NCBI GenBank assembly: GCA_963819655.1
Contig: CAWFXA010000003.1
Span: 800,001-864,000, forward strand
Direction of reading: 5' to 3'
Origin: an uncultured Chloroflexia bacterium
GTDB lineage: Bacteria; Chloroflexota; Limnocylindria; Limnocylindrales; CSP1-4
DNA: 64,000 nucleotides
Shown here: positions 45,415 through 57,365 of the stretch, in pieces
Numbering within the stretch: the first letter of the stretch is position 1
Layout: every line of letters starts with the position of its first letter
Program-made: the position numbers and the translations under genes
Notes under the pieces: generated by a model
Seen by the model: only the letters and a program-made list of their open reading frames with translations
What the model was told of the DNA's origin: nothing
The model's database searches: none

Positions 45415-47638
45415 TCAGTGGCGGAAGTGGCGGATCCCGGTCATGAGCATCGTTCCGTCCAGGAGATCGACTGCCGCGATGGCCTCGGCGTCGCGCATCG
45501 AGCCGCCCGGCTGAGCGAAGGCCCGAACGCCGGCCGCCAGACAGGCCTCGACCGCGTCGGCGAACGGGAAGAAGGCGTCGCTCGCGCAGGCCGCCCCGAC
45601 AGTCGACAACGGGCCGAGCATCGCGTGGGCCTTCGCCACGGCCTGGCGGGCGGCGTCCACGCGTGAGGTCTGGCCACTGCCCATCCCCACCAGGCGGCGT
45701 TCCCGCACCAGGACGATCGCGTTGGACGTCACGCCTCGGACGAGCCGCCACGCGAGATCGAGGTCGAGCTGCTCCTCTGGTGTCGGCGCGCGACGCGTCG
45801 CGCAGGTCCATGTCGTCGTCACGTCGGTGAGGACATCCGGCGCGGTGACGAGCACCGCGCCACCCGCCGTGCGGATCGAGCCGAGCGGTGAGGCCGTGGC
45901 ATCCGCGACGCGGTCGTCCGATGCGAGCAGCTCGTCGACCAGGACGCGGACATTGGGCTTGGTCGCAAGGACCTCGAGGGCCTCGGCTGTGTACGACGGC
46001 GCGATGACGATCTCGAGAAAGATCGAGATTAGCGCTTCCGCGACGGGGCGGTCCACCTCGCGAGTCAGCGCCACGACGCCACCGAACGCGCTGACCGGGT
46101 CGGCCTCCAGCGCGGCCTCCCAGGCGCCCAGCAGCGCCGGTCGCTCCGCCGCGCCGCACGGATTGGTGTGCTTCACGATCACGGCGCCGGGCCCGCGCAA
46201 GGCCCGACCCAGAACCGACGCCGCCGCCGCGTCGAGCACGTTGTTGTAGGACAGGGCCTTGCCCTGGAGGGGCGCCCGGTCGACGCCGAACGGCCCGTCG
46301 GCGAGGCTCGAGCCAGGCACACGGTAGCGGGCGGCCGGCTGGTGCGGGTTCTCGCCGTAGCGCAGCGTCTCGACCTTCTCGAGACCGACCGTCAGCGTCG
46401 ACGGATACGGGTCGGGCCGCGCGTCGAGCAGTCCCGCGTCGACCAGGCGGTTCGGCAGCTCGGATGCGATCCGGGCGTCGTACGCAGCGGTGTGCGCGAA
46501 CGCCTCCAAAGCGAGTTCCCGGCGCAGCCGATCGTCGAAGCCGGCTTTGGTGTCGAGCGCGGCGAGGACGTCGCCGTATCGCGACGGCGACGTCACGATC
46601 GCCACGTTTGCGTGGTTCTTGGCGGCCGCCCGGACCATCGACGGCCCGCCGATGTCGATCTCCTCGATCAGCTCGTCGACCGAGATCCCGGGCCGCTCGA
46701 GCGCGGCCGCGAACGGATACAGGTTCACGACGACGAGCTCGAATGGGGCGATCGCGGCGGCCAGCAGCTGGCGGCGATGGTCGTCAAGCGCGTCGATCGG
46801 CGAGCAAGCCCGCATGGACGCGCGGATGCAGCGTCTTGACGCGCCCGTCGAGCATTTCCGGGCTGCCGGTTACGGCCGCGACATCGGTCACCGGCAGACC
46901 GGCGTCGCGCAGCGACCTGGCGGTCCCGCCGGTCGAGACCAGCTCGAATCCGCGCGCGACGAGGCCCCGCCCGAGGTCGACGAGGCCGGTCTTGTCGGAG
47001 GCCGATAGGAGCGCCCGGCGTGGCGTCGGGGTGCCGGTGTCGGCGCGGTCCACATCGATTTCGACTTGGCGTCCGTCAGGGGCGACGGCAACCGCACCCG
47101 CCAGGAGCAGTCTGACGGCATGCGGCAGCAGCCGATGCTCGACGGCCTGGATGCGCTCGCGCAGGGTCGCCTCGTCATCGTTGGGCAGGACCGGGACCGC
47201 CTCCTGGGCCACGATCGGACCGCCGTCGAGCGTGGCGTCCACCAGGTGGACCGTCACCCCGGTCACACGCACGCCGTGCGCGAGCGCGTCGCGGACCGCG
47301 TGGGCACCGGGGAACGCCGGCAGCAGCGAGGGATGCGTATTGAGGATCCGGCCCGCGAGCGTCTCCAGCGTGCGTGGCCCGATCAGCCGCATGTAGCCGG
47401 CCAGGACGACGACATCCGGCTTGGCTCCCACGAGCGTCTCGGCGAGCGCCCCGTCATCGCCACCCTCGACGAGGGCGGTGTCGATCCCCTGCTCGGCGGC
47501 CCAGTCGAGCGCCGGACATGCTCGGTCCGCGAAGGCGAGGACGATGTGGCCACCGAGCTCACCGCGCACGGCGGCAGCCTGGAGCGCCCGCAGGTTTGAG
47601 CCCGTGCCCGACACGCCCACGGCGATCCGCCCACTCAT
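45415..47638 (-). CDS. purH: PurN-PurH fusion: GAR transformylase plus IMP cyclohydrolase/AICAR transformylase (frameshift near 46790)
   Basis: [16 protein letters not shown] and DGGPI (PurN) continue in frame into [15 protein letters not shown] and GRVKTLHP. The next frame has [33 protein letters not shown] and RHFRH. Confidence 0.88.
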
Positions 47639-48777
47639 GCGACCGACTCCAGGCTGCCCTCGATGTAGCGCACGCCGTCGGTCGAGTCGGCCTCGATCAC
47701 TTCGCCGACCACGATCGCCTCGACCCCGTGCTCGCCGAGGGCGTCGATGGCCGCTGGGATCGCGGCCGGCGGCACGACCAGGACCATCCCGAGACCGCCG
47801 TTGAAGGTCGCGCGCAGCTCCTCGTCGTCGAGACCGCCCAGCGCGCCGAACAGGCGCATCACGGAAGGCATCGCCCAACGGCCCGGGTCGACTCGCGCCG
47901 CCATCTCGGCCGGCAGCGCCCGCGGGACGTTGCCGGGCAAGCCGCCGCCGGTGATGTGCGCGGCGCCGTGGATGTCGTGCCCCGACGGTGTCAGCGCCGA
48001 CCGTGCCGCCAGTACGGCCTTCGCATAGATCTTCGTCGGGGTAAGCAGTACCTCGCCGAGCGTGGCCATCGATTCCTGAGGTGCGGCCTTCAGCAGCTCG
48101 TCGGTCGCGGCATCACCCAGCGTCCGACGCAGTCGCGCCTGGTACGGCTCGGCGAGATCGAGATCCCATTGCGCCACCAGCGACCTCACAAGCGAATAGC
48201 CGTTCGCGTGCAGCCCGCTCGAGACCAGCCCGAGGATGACGTCGCCGGCACGGACCGCCGAGCCGTCGATCACCCGCGACCGCTCGACGACGCCGATGCA
48301 GCAGCCGGCCAGGTCGAACTCGTCGACCTCGAGGACTCCCGGATGCTCGGCCGTCTCGCCTCCGACCAGCGCAGCGCCGGCCTCGCGACAGCCTGCCGCC
48401 ACGCTGCCGACCAGCTCGGCCACGGCGACCGGATCGAGCCTGCCGACGGCCACGTAGTCGAGGAACGCCAACGGCTCGGCGCCGGTGCAGACGACGTCGT
48501 CGGCGCACATCGCGACGAGGTCGATGCCGATGGTGTCGAAGCGGCCTACGGTCGCGGCGATGACCGTCTTCGTGCCGACGCCGTCCGTCGAGGCGATTAG
48601 CAGCGGCTCGCGATAGCCCTCCGGGATCGAGAAGGCGCCGCCGAACCCGCCGAGACCCCCGACGACCTCAGGCCGGCGCGTCGAGTCGACGTGGGCGCGG
48701 ATCAGCTCGACGGCCTGTTCCCCGGCGTCGACATCGACGCCGGCGTGTCGGTAGGCGGAGCGCGCTCGCTCAGTCAC
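47635..48777 (-). CDS. purM: phosphoribosylformylglycinamidine cyclo-ligase
   Basis: [39 protein letters not shown]. Confidence 0.96.
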   Translation of the reverse strand: MTERARSAYRHAGVDVDAGEQAVELIRAHVDSTRRPEVVGGLGGFGGAFSIPEGYREPLLIASTDGVGTKTVIAATVGRFDTIGIDLVAMCADDVVCTGAEPLAFLDYVAVGRLDPVAVAELVGSVAAGCREAGAALVGGETAEHPGVLEVDEFDLAGCCIGVVERSRVIDGSAVRAGDVILGLVSSGLHANGYSLVRSLVAQWDLDLAEPYQARLRRTLGDAATDELLKAAPQESMATLGEVLLTPTKIYAKAVLAARSALTPSGHDIHGAAHITGGGLPGNVPRALPAEMAARVDPGRWAMPSVMRLFGALGGLDDEELRATFNGGLGMVLVVPPAAIPAAIDALGEHGVEAIVVGEVIEADSTDGVRYIEGSLESVA

Positions 48778-50236
48778 GCGCAGAGGCGACGACTTCTTCG
48801 AGGATGAACTTCCGGCTCGCCGTGTCGTACGGGACGGGCTCCGGATAGTTGCCGTCGAAGCAGGCGAAGCAGAAACGCTCGTACGGCAGGTCGAGCGCCG
48901 CGAGCACGCCGCGGATCGACAGGTAGCCAAGCGAATCGGCGCCGATGAAGTCGCGGATCTCGTCGACCGAGTGAGTCCCCGCGATGAGCTCCGTCTCGAC
49001 CGACGTGTCGATGCCGTAGAAGCACGGGTGGTAGATCGGTGGGGCGCTGATCCGCACGTGGATCTCTCGGGCGCCGGCCTTGCGCAGGAGGTCGACGATG
49101 CGCTTGGTCGTCGTGCCGCGCACGATCGAGTCGTCGACGACGATGAGCCGCTTGCCGGCCACCACCGCGGGCATCGGGTTGAGCTTGATCGTCACGCCCC
49201 GATGGCGCATGCCCTGCGACGGCTGGATGAAGGTGCGGCCGGCGTAGCGGTTCCGGTACATCCCCTCGCGATACGGCAACCCGCTGGCCTCGGCATAGCC
49301 GGCCGCTGCCGGGGCGCCCGTGTCGGGAACCGGGATGACGAGGTCGGCCTCGACCGGGTGCTCGAGCGCGAGCTGTTCGCCCATCCGCCGGCGCGCCTCG
49401 TAGAGGTTGCGCCCCTCCATGTACGAGTCGGGCCGGGCGAAGTAGATGAGCTCGAACACGCACAGCGCCGGTGTGGGCTCGGCGTAGCGGATCGAGCGCG
49501 GATCGCGGCCAGGTTCGAGGACGACGATCTCCCCGGGCTCGACGTCGCGTATGTACTCGGCCCCGACGATGTCGAGCGACGCGGTCTCCGACGACAGGCA
49601 CCAGCCGATGCCGTCGTCCGGCCACAGGCCGCCGTCATCGGGGCCACCCGGCTGGCGCGCCGTTACCGGCAAGCGCCCGAGCACCAGCGGCCGGAAACCG
49701 TGCGGGTCGCGAACACCGATCACCCGCTGTTGGTCGAGGATGACCAGGCTGAACGCCCCGCGGACGCGCGGCAGGACCCGTTGGAGCGCCTCGACGGTGT
49801 CCGCGGCCGGCTCGTCGGCGAGGAGCGCGGTCAGGAGCTCTGTGTCGGTGGACGCCGGGAGACGGGCACGGCCGCCGGTCAGCTGCCCGAGCAGCTCGCG
49901 CGTGTTGACGAGATTGCCGTTGTGCCCGATTGCGAGCGCCCGGCGTGGCCCCTGGCGGTACGTCGGCTGGGCGTTCTCCCAGATCGTCGAACCCGTCGTC
50001 GAATAGCGGCAGTGCGCGATCGCCAGGCGCCCACGGAGGCTCGGCAGTCGGCGCTCGTCGAGCACGGAGCCGATCATCCCGAGGTCCTTGTAGAGCATCA
50101 GCTGGTCGCCGTCGCTGACCGCGATGCCGGCCGACTCCTGGCCGCGGTGCTGGAGCGCGAACAGCCCGAGCGTCGCGATCGCGGCCGCCTCGGTGGGCTC
50201 GCCGCCCGGCACGACCGCACCGAACACGCCACACAT
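48770..50236 (-). CDS. purF: amidophosphoribosyltransferase
   Basis: MCGVFG, QHRGQES, RYSTTG, HNGNL, VDDSIVRGTT, CFYGID, CFACF. Confidence 0.97.
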   Translation of the reverse strand: MCGVFGAVVPGGEPTEAAAIATLGLFALQHRGQESAGIAVSDGDQLMLYKDLGMIGSVLDERRLPSLRGRLAIAHCRYSTTGSTIWENAQPTYRQGPRRALAIGHNGNLVNTRELLGQLTGGRARLPASTDTELLTALLADEPAADTVEALQRVLPRVRGAFSLVILDQQRVIGVRDPHGFRPLVLGRLPVTARQPGGPDDGGLWPDDGIGWCLSSETASLDIVGAEYIRDVEPGEIVVLEPGRDPRSIRYAEPTPALCVFELIYFARPDSYMEGRNLYEARRRMGEQLALEHPVEADLVIPVPDTGAPAAAGYAEASGLPYREGMYRNRYAGRTFIQPSQGMRHRGVTIKLNPMPAVVAGKRLIVVDDSIVRGTTTKRIVDLLRKAGAREIHVRISAPPIYHPCFYGIDTSVETELIAGTHSVDEIRDFIGADSLGYLSIRGVLAALDLPYERFCFACFDGNYPEPVPYDTASRKFILEEVVASARD

Positions 50237-52604
50237 CAGGAACCCTCCCAGCCGAGGGCGCGGGTGAGCCCGTGGTCCCAGGCGTGCCGGAGACCGGTCA
50301 GCGGCACCTCCAACGTGTCGGCGATGGTGCTCCCCCGCTCTTCCGATGCGCCGGTCGCGCCGGCCCCGACGAGCTGGATCTGGAGCCTGTCGCCGCCGAC
50401 GGTGCCGAGCTCCTCGACGGGCAGGCCGTGCTGGCGGGCGAGCAGCAGTAGTGCCGGGACGAAACGGGGCGTGGCGGTCACCACGATCCGGGACGGACTC
50501 TCGCCGAACAGTTCGACCGCCGGGGACATCGCGGTGGGGACTCTGACCGATGCGCCGCGGCCGCCCCACATGGCGCATTCGGCGAGAGCGACCGCCAGCC
50601 CGCCGCCGGCCACATCCTGCGCGCTGGCGACAAGGCCCCGCGCGATCGCCTCGCGCACGAACGCCTGCAGCGCGACCTCCCGGCCGAGGTCCAGCGACGG
50701 GATGCCGTCCTCGGCTGCCGTCCCGGCCAGCATCGCGTAGGCGGAGCCGGTCAACCCGGGCGTCGGCGAGCCGACCAGCACGATAGCGTCGCCCTCTGCG
50801 ACGAACGCCGGACCGACCAGGGCCGCGACGTCGTCCAGGAGCCCGACGACACCGATCTCGGGTGTCGGTGCGATCGAACCGGCGGGCGACTCGTTGTAGA
50901 GCGACACGTTGCCGCCGGTGACCGGCAGGCCGAGCGCACGGCACGCATCGCCCAGGCCACGGACCCCCTCGCTGAGCTGCCAGAACGCCTCAGGGCGTGT
51001 CGGGTCGCCGTAGTTCAGGCAATTGGTGACGCCGAGGGGCCGCGCGCCGGTGATGCTCACGTTCCGTGTCGCTTCGGCGACGCTCATCGCGGCACCGGCG
51101 TACGGATCGACGGCGCCGACCGCCTGGTTGCCGTCGGTCGAGGCGACGAGGGCCCTGGTGGTGCCCTTGATGCGCAGGACGGCGGCGCCGTGACCCGGCC
51201 CGACGACGGTGTCCGCGCCCACGGTCGAGTCGTACTGCTCGAAGACGGCTCGACGGGAGGCGAGGTTCGGCGAACCGAGAAGGGCCAGCAGCACGGCACC
51301 CGGGTCCATGCCGCGTTCCGGGAGTCGATCGCTCGGGTCGAGCGGGACGCCGGGGGCCGGTGCGGCGCGCCGGTGTTCGGGCGCGCGCGCGATGCGCCGA
51401 TGGACGATCGCGTCGCTCGTGAGCGCGGCCGCGGGCACGCGGGCGATCTCCGCGCCGCCTGTCATCACGGTGATGTCGCCGTCGTCGGTGACGCGTCCGA
51501 TGACCGCGACCGGCAGACCCCAGCGCTCGGCCACCTCCCGGACGGCATCCCAGCGGTCCGGCCGGACGATCGCGCACATCCGCTCCTGCGACTCGGAGAT
51601 CATGACCTCGAACGGCTCCATGTCGGGCTCGCGTCGCGGGATCGCGTCGAGATCGACCTGGATGCCCGTCCCGGCCACGGTCGGCCGTCTCCGACGTGGC
51701 GCACGTGATCCCACCGGCGCCGAGGTCCTGCAGCCCCTCGACGAGCCCGCGGTCGATGAGCTCGAGCGACACCTCGATGAGCAGCTTCTCGGCGAACGGG
51801 TCACCGACCTGAACGGAAGGTCTCTTGGATTGTGTGTTGCCACCGGGACTCACCGAGGGACGAGGCGACGCTCCCGCGAGCCATCGGCCTGAGGTTTCAT
51901 CGTCGGTGAACGTGGCGCTGGCCAGGACCGACGCACCACCGATCCCGTCGCGCCCGGTGGTCGAGCCGAACAGCACGACGAGGTTGCCCGGACCGGGCGC
52001 CGCGGCGAGAGTGAGACGCTGCTCCTCGAGCAGCCCGATGGCCATCACGTTGACGAGCGGGTTGCCCTGGTAGCTCGGGTCGAACACGAGCTCGCCGCCG
52101 ACCGTCGGGATGCCGACACAGTTGCCGTACCCGCCGACCCCGCGCACGACCCCATCGACCAGGTGGCGCGTGCGCGCGTCGCCCGGATCGCCGAACCGCA
52201 GCGCGTCGAGCACGGCGATCGGGCGAGCGCCCATCGTGAAGATGTCGCGCAGGATCCCGCCGACGCCGGTGGCGGCGCCCTGGTACGGCTCGACAGCCGA
52301 CGGGTGGTTGTGCGACTCGATCTTGAACGCGACCGCGAGCCCGTCACCGATCGAGATCACGCCCGCGTTCTCGCCCGGGCCGGCTACGACACCCTCGCCG
52401 GCGGTCGGCAGCGTGCCGAGCAGCGGCTTCGAGCTCTTGTACGAGCAGTGCTCGCTCCACATGACGCTGAACATCGCGAGCTCGAGGTCGTTCGGGCTCG
52501 CGGCCGCCGAGCCTGTCGCGGATCGCGTCGAGCTCGTCGTCGGTCAGCCCGAGACGCCGATGGAGCGGTTCGGTCTGTTCCACCGGGGCTTCCGCGATCG
52601 TCAT
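50236..52604 (-). CDS. purL: FGAM synthase large subunit (frameshifts near 52495 and 51675)
   Basis: [50 protein letters not shown]. Confidence 0.93.
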
Positions 52605-53350
52605 CGCGCCGCCACGACGACCGCCGGCCCGCTCGATGCGGCCCGAGCCGCGCTCTCGACCAGCGAGCGGATGATGCCGGCGCCGTCGTCCGAGCCGAGG
52701 ATCGCCTCAGCAGCCCGCTCGGGATGCGGCATGAGGCCCGCGACGTTGCCCGCCGCGTTCAGCACCCCGGCGATCGCGCGGAGGCTGCCATTCGGGTTCG
52801 CGGCGCGGTCGTCCTCCGCGGCCGGGGCACCCACAGCGTCGACGTACCGGAACAGCACCTGCCGATCAGCCTCGAGGGCATCGAGCGTCGGATCGTCGGC
52901 GAAGTAGCAGCCCTCCCCGTGTGCGATCGGCATGCGCAAAGGCTGTCCCGCGGCCGCCAGCGCGTGGGTGAACGGCGTATCGAGCCGCTCGGCCGCGATC
53001 GAGACGTCACGCCCGACGAACCGGAGCTGCCGGTTCCGGAGCAGCGCACCGGGCACCAGCCCCGCTTCGGCGAGCACCTGGAAGCCGTTGCAGATACCCA
53101 GGACGAGCCCGCCCTCGGCGGCGAACGCGGCGACCGCGCGCATCACCGGGCTGAACCGGGCGATCACCCCGGCCCGGAGGTAGTCCCCGTACGCGAACCC
53201 GCCGGGCAGGACGACTGCCGCGACACCGTCGAGAGAGGCTGCCTCGTGCCACAGCGCGACCGGCTCGGCGCCTGCGAGGTCGAGCGCGTGGAGCGTGTCG
53301 CGGTCGCAGTTGCTCCCCGGGAACACGACGACACCGATGCGGACCGGCAT
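52601..53350 (-). CDS. purQ: FGAM synthase glutaminase subunit
   Basis: FPGSNCD, PGGFAYGDYLR, GICNGFQ, MPHPER. Confidence 0.97.
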   Translation of the reverse strand: MPVRIGVVVFPGSNCDRDTLHALDLAGAEPVALWHEAASLDGVAAVVLPGGFAYGDYLRAGVIARFSPVMRAVAAFAAEGGLVLGICNGFQVLAEAGLVPGALLRNRQLRFVGRDVSIAAERLDTPFTHALAAAGQPLRMPIAHGEGCYFADDPTLDALEADRQVLFRYVDAVGAPAAEDDRAANPNGSLRAIAGVLNAAGNVAGLMPHPERAAEAILGSDDGAGIIRSLVESAARAASSGPAVVVAAR

Positions 53351-53610
53351 CAGGCGACCGCCCCGATGGCTTCGATCGCGTACGCCTCGATGAGCGGGTT
53401 GGCCAGCAGCTCGGACGCGAGCCGCTCGACGACGGCGCGCGCCGCCGCCTCATCGGCGGCCTCGACGGTCAACTCGACCCGACGGCCGACACGCACGGAG
53501 CGAACGCCTTCGATGCCGAGGTGGTCGAGGCTGCCTTCGACCGCCCGCCCCTGCGGGTCGAGGATGCCCGGCTTCGGCGTTACGTTCACGGCGTAGCGGT
53601 GGCTGCTCAT
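53350..53610 (-). CDS. purS: FGAM synthase subunit PurS
   Basis: KPGILDPQG and LLANPLIE. Confidence 0.95.
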   Translation of the reverse strand: MSSHRYAVNVTPKPGILDPQGRAVEGSLDHLGIEGVRSVRVGRRVELTVEAADEAAARAVVERLASELLANPLIEAYAIEAIGAVA

Positions 53611-54702
53611 CGGGCGATCACGTCCTCCGCGAGATAGCGGTCGAAGCTGGCCCCCGTGATCCGCTCGAATGCCTCGACATAGCGCGCACGGGTCCCGGCG
53701 ATCACGTCGTTTGGCAGCGCAGGGCCGGGCGTCGTCTTGTCCCACGGCTGCGTCTCCAGCCAGTCGCGCACGAACTGCTTGTCGAAGCTGGCCTGGGCGC
53801 GGCCGGGCTCGTAGGTCGCAGCGTCCCAGAACCGCGACGAGTCGGGTGTGAGTGCCTCGTCGACCAGCATCAGCTGGTCCCTGATGAGGCGCCCGTTCAG
53901 CTCGGGCGGCCGACGGCCCAGCGGCTGGCGGGTCCGGCGCTCGAGACGTTCCGCGGCAGGACCGACGGGTTCGCGGTCGATATCGGGCCCGAGGCCCACG
54001 CCGAACTCGAACTTGGTGTCGGCCAGCACGATCCCGGCCCGCGCCGCGACGGCTGTGGCGTATCGATAGAGCGCGATCGCGTGGTCTCGGATGACCTCCG
54101 CGACAGGACCGGCCAGATCGGACGTGACGATCCAGTGTCGTCCGATGTGCTCGACCATCGCGTCGAAGTCGATGTTCTCGTCGTGCTCGCCGCCCTCGGC
54201 CTTCGTGGCCGGCGTGAAGATCGGCTCCGGCAGTCGATCGCTCTCGCGCAGACCGGCCGGCAGCGGGATCCCGCAGACGGTGCCGCGGTCGCGGTACTCC
54301 TTCCAGCCCGACCCGGCGAGGTAGCCTCGGACCACGGCTTCGATCGGGACGACTGTGGCCGGTTGGCAGACCATCACCCGGCCGCGCCACTCGTCGAACG
54401 ACCCGACGCCTCGACGGTCCCGCGGGGGCATCGCCCGCGCGCTCGGTGACATCGATCTCGTACGCGTCACGGACGATGGATGGGTCGGTATCGAGCAGAT
54501 GGTTCGGCACGATCCCGGCCGTCTCGGCGAACCAGAACCGCGACAGCCCGGTCAGCACGCGGCCCTTGTCGGGGATCTCCGTCGGCAGCACGACGTCGAA
54601 GGCGCTGATGCGGTCCGACGCGACGAGCAGCAGCCGGCCATCCGGCAGCTCGTACAGGTCGCGCACCTTGCCCGACCGGAGGAACCGGTCAGCTGTCAGC
54701 AC
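53607..54702 (-). CDS. purC: SAICAR synthase (frameshift near 54420-54450)
   Basis: [49 protein letters not shown]. Confidence 0.92.
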
Positions 54703-56020
54703 GGCTGGCCTCGGTCGTCGGGGCGAGCGTGTCGAGCCGCTCGATGATCGCGTGGACGTTGCGCAGGAACGTCGCCTCGTCGAAGCATGCGTCGAGGTCG
54801 GCGAGCGGCAGGCGCTGCGCCACCACCGGGTCGAGCGCCAGCAGCTCGCGCAGCGGCGCGCGCTCGTCGGCCGCTCGCAGCGCCGCCCGCTGGACGATGG
54901 CGTACGCCTCCTCGCGGCCGATGCCGGCCTTCTCGACGAGCGCGACGAGCACCCGGCTGCTGGCATGCAACCCGAGCCCGCGGGCGATGTTCTCGCGCAT
55001 CCGCTCCGACCGGACGACCAGCCCCTCGATGAGGCCGGTCGTGCGCACGAGCATGTAGTCGAGCAGGATCGTGGCGTCGGGCAGGATCACCCGCTCGGCG
55101 CTGGAATGGCTGATGTCGCGCTCGTGCCACAGCGGCTGGTCCTCGAACGCCGTCTGGGCGTAGCCGCGCAGCAGCCGCGCCAGCCCGCAGATCCGCTCGG
55201 ACAGGATCGGGTTGCGCTTGTGGGGCATCGCGCTCGAGCCCTTCTGGCCGACCTTGAACGGCTCCTGGACCTCGCCGATCTCGGTGTGCTGGAGGTTGCG
55301 GATCTCGGTCGCGATCCGCTCCAGGCTGCCGCCGAGGATCGCGATGGCGGCGAGCAGGGCCGCGTGGCGGTCGCGCTGGACGATCTGCGAGCTGGCCGCG
55401 TCTGCGTGGAGACCCAGCGCTGCGAGCACTTCGGCTTCGATGTCCGGGTCGAGGTGGCTGTACGTCCCGACCGGTCCCGAGATCTTGCCGGTCCCGACCT
55501 CGTCGACGGCGGTCGCGAGGCGCGTCCTGCCGCGATCGATCTCGAAGGCCCAGCCGGCGACCTTCAACCCGAACGTCATCGGTTCGGCGTGGACCGAGTG
55601 GGTCCGGCCCATCATCGTGGTGTCCGCCTCGGCTCGAGCACGAGCGACCAGCACCGTGATCAGCCGGTCGCAGTCGGCCAGGAGCTTGGCGCCCGCTGCC
55701 CGCAGTTGGAGCGCGAGCCCGGTGTCGACCACGTCGCTGCTGGTCAGCCCGTGGTGGAGATAGCGGCCCTCGGGCCCGACCGACTCGGCGACCTGGCTGA
55801 CGAACGCGATGATGTCGTGGTCGGTCGTCCGCTCGATCTCGGCGATCCGGTCGACGTCGACGGTCGAACGCGTCTCGAGCGCCGCGAGCGCTGAGGCCGG
55901 GATAAGCCCCCGGGCGGCCTGCGCTCGGGCGACCGCGAGCTCGACCCGCAACATCTGCTCGAACCGGGCGGTCTCCGACCAGATCCCGCCCATTTCGGCG
56001 AGCGTGTAGCGTCCGATCAA
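54689..56020 (-). CDS. purB: adenylosuccinate lyase
   Basis: TTG start at IGRY; HHGLTSSD; GRTHSVHA; [11 protein letters not shown]; HERDISHSS. Confidence 0.96.
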   Translation of the reverse strand: MIGRYTLAEMGGIWSETARFEQMLRVELAVARAQAARGLIPASALAALETRSTVDVDRIAEIERTTDHDIIAFVSQVAESVGPEGRYLHHGLTSSDVVDTGLALQLRAAGAKLLADCDRLITVLVARARAEADTTMMGRTHSVHAEPMTFGLKVAGWAFEIDRGRTRLATAVDEVGTGKISGPVGTYSHLDPDIEAEVLAALGLHADAASSQIVQRDRHAALLAAIAILGGSLERIATEIRNLQHTEIGEVQEPFKVGQKGSSAMPHKRNPILSERICGLARLLRGYAQTAFEDQPLWHERDISHSSAERVILPDATILLDYMLVRTTGLIEGLVVRSERMRENIARGLGLHASSRVLVALVEKAGIGREEAYAIVQRAALRAADERAPLRELLALDPVVAQRLPLADLDACFDEATFLRNVHAIIERLDTLAPTTEASRADS

Positions 56021-57348
56021 CGACCTGCCCCGATGAGCGCCGCGAGCACCTCCTGGTCCATGCCGATGTCGCGTCGCCGCTGGAGCCCGTCGAACGACAC
56101 GCGATCCGCGGCCGCCTCGGCCTGGACGCGTGCAGCTTCGAGGTCCGGCCCGCCGCCGACGATCGTCAGGATCCGGCCGCCACCCGTTTGATAGCCGCCC
56201 ACCTCGTCCCGCGTCGTCCCGGCGTGGAAAACGAGGGCGCCGGCGGCGCGTGCGGCATGCAGGCCCTCGATCGCGTCGCCGTGACGTGGCGCGTCCGGGT
56301 AGCCGGCCGCGGCCAGCACGATGCCCACGCAGGCTCTGGGCATCGTCGGCAGGCGGTGGCCCTCCAGGTGGAGCGACTTCGTGGCCGCGAGCAGGCGGCC
56401 CTTGGCGGCGGCGAGCAGCAGCGGACCGAGCGGGGCGGCGAGGCGCGGCAGGATCACCTGCGTCTCGGGGTCGCCGAACCGGGCATTGCATTCGAGCAGC
56501 ACCGGACCGTCGGCGGTCAGCATCAGCCCCGCGTAGAGGGCGCCGCGGAACGGGCTGCCGCGACGCGCGAGCTCCGCCAGGATCGGTCGGTGGAACCGTT
56601 CGACGATGTCGTCGGCGAGCGCGTCCGGGAGGTCGTCGACCGGGCTGTACGCGCCCATCCCGCCTGTGTTCGGTCCGGTGTCGAAGTCGGCCAGCCGCTT
56701 GTGGTCACGCGCGGCCGGCAACGCAAGGGCGTCACGCCCGTCGCAGATCGCGATGAGGCTCGCCTCGCGACCCTCGAGGCGTTCCTCGATGACGAGGGCG
56801 CTCCCTTCGATCATGGCCGCGATGGCGTCCTCTGCCTCCGCGATGTCCTCGGACACGGTCACGCCCTTCCCGGCGGCGAGCCCATCGGCCTTCACGACGA
56901 TCCCGCGACCGTCCGCCGCGAGACGTCGGGCGAACGCGTTCGCGACCTCGCGGTCGCCGGCGGCGAAGGCGCCGGAATAAGCCATCGGGACGCCGGCAGC
57001 GAGCGCGACGTCGTGGCAGAAGGCCTTGCTGGTCTCGATCCGCGCCGCAGCGGCACTCGGGCCGAAGACCGGGATCTTTGCGGTTGTGAGGGCGTCCGTG
57101 ACACCGGCCGCCAGCGGCCCCTCCGGCCCGATCACGACGAGCTCCGCCGCGATGGCCCGCGCGACGAACACCACGGCCGCGGGATCCAGCGGGTCGAGGT
57201 CCTTCAGGACGCGCACACGCGGTTCCGTCCCGATCGCGTAATTGCCGGGCCCGACGACGACCTCGTTCACGCCCGGCTCCGCGCTGAGTTTCCAGGCAAG
57301 CGCGTGCTCTCGCGCCCCGCTGCCGACGACGAGGATCCGTGTCGGCAT
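56017..57348 (-). CDS. purD: phosphoribosylamine-glycine ligase (alternative GTG start at 57369)
   Basis: VGSGAREHA, KADGLAAGKGV, DHKR...GPNTGGMG, NARFGDPE. Confidence 0.96.
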   Translation of the reverse strand: MPTRILVVGSGAREHALAWKLSAEPGVNEVVVGPGNYAIGTEPRVRVLKDLDPLDPAAVVFVARAIAAELVVIGPEGPLAAGVTDALTTAKIPVFGPSAAAARIETSKAFCHDVALAAGVPMAYSGAFAAGDREVANAFARRLAADGRGIVVKADGLAAGKGVTVSEDIAEAEDAIAAMIEGSALVIEERLEGREASLIAICDGRDALALPAARDHKRLADFDTGPNTGGMGAYSPVDDLPDALADDIVERFHRPILAELARRGSPFRGALYAGLMLTADGPVLLECNARFGDPETQVILPRLAAPLGPLLLAAAKGRLLAATKSLHLEGHRLPTMPRACVGIVLAAAGYPDAPRHGDAIEGLHAARAAGALVFHAGTTRDEVGGYQTGGGRILTIVGGGPDLEAARVQAEAAADRVSFDGLQRRRDIGMDQEVLAALIGAGR

Positions 57349-57365
57349 GACGAGTCCGGTGGGGC

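Noticed and set aside
53350-54966. 538-aa PurC-PurS fusion ORF
   Set aside because: Results from the purC frameshift; purS has its own ATG overlapping the purC stop.
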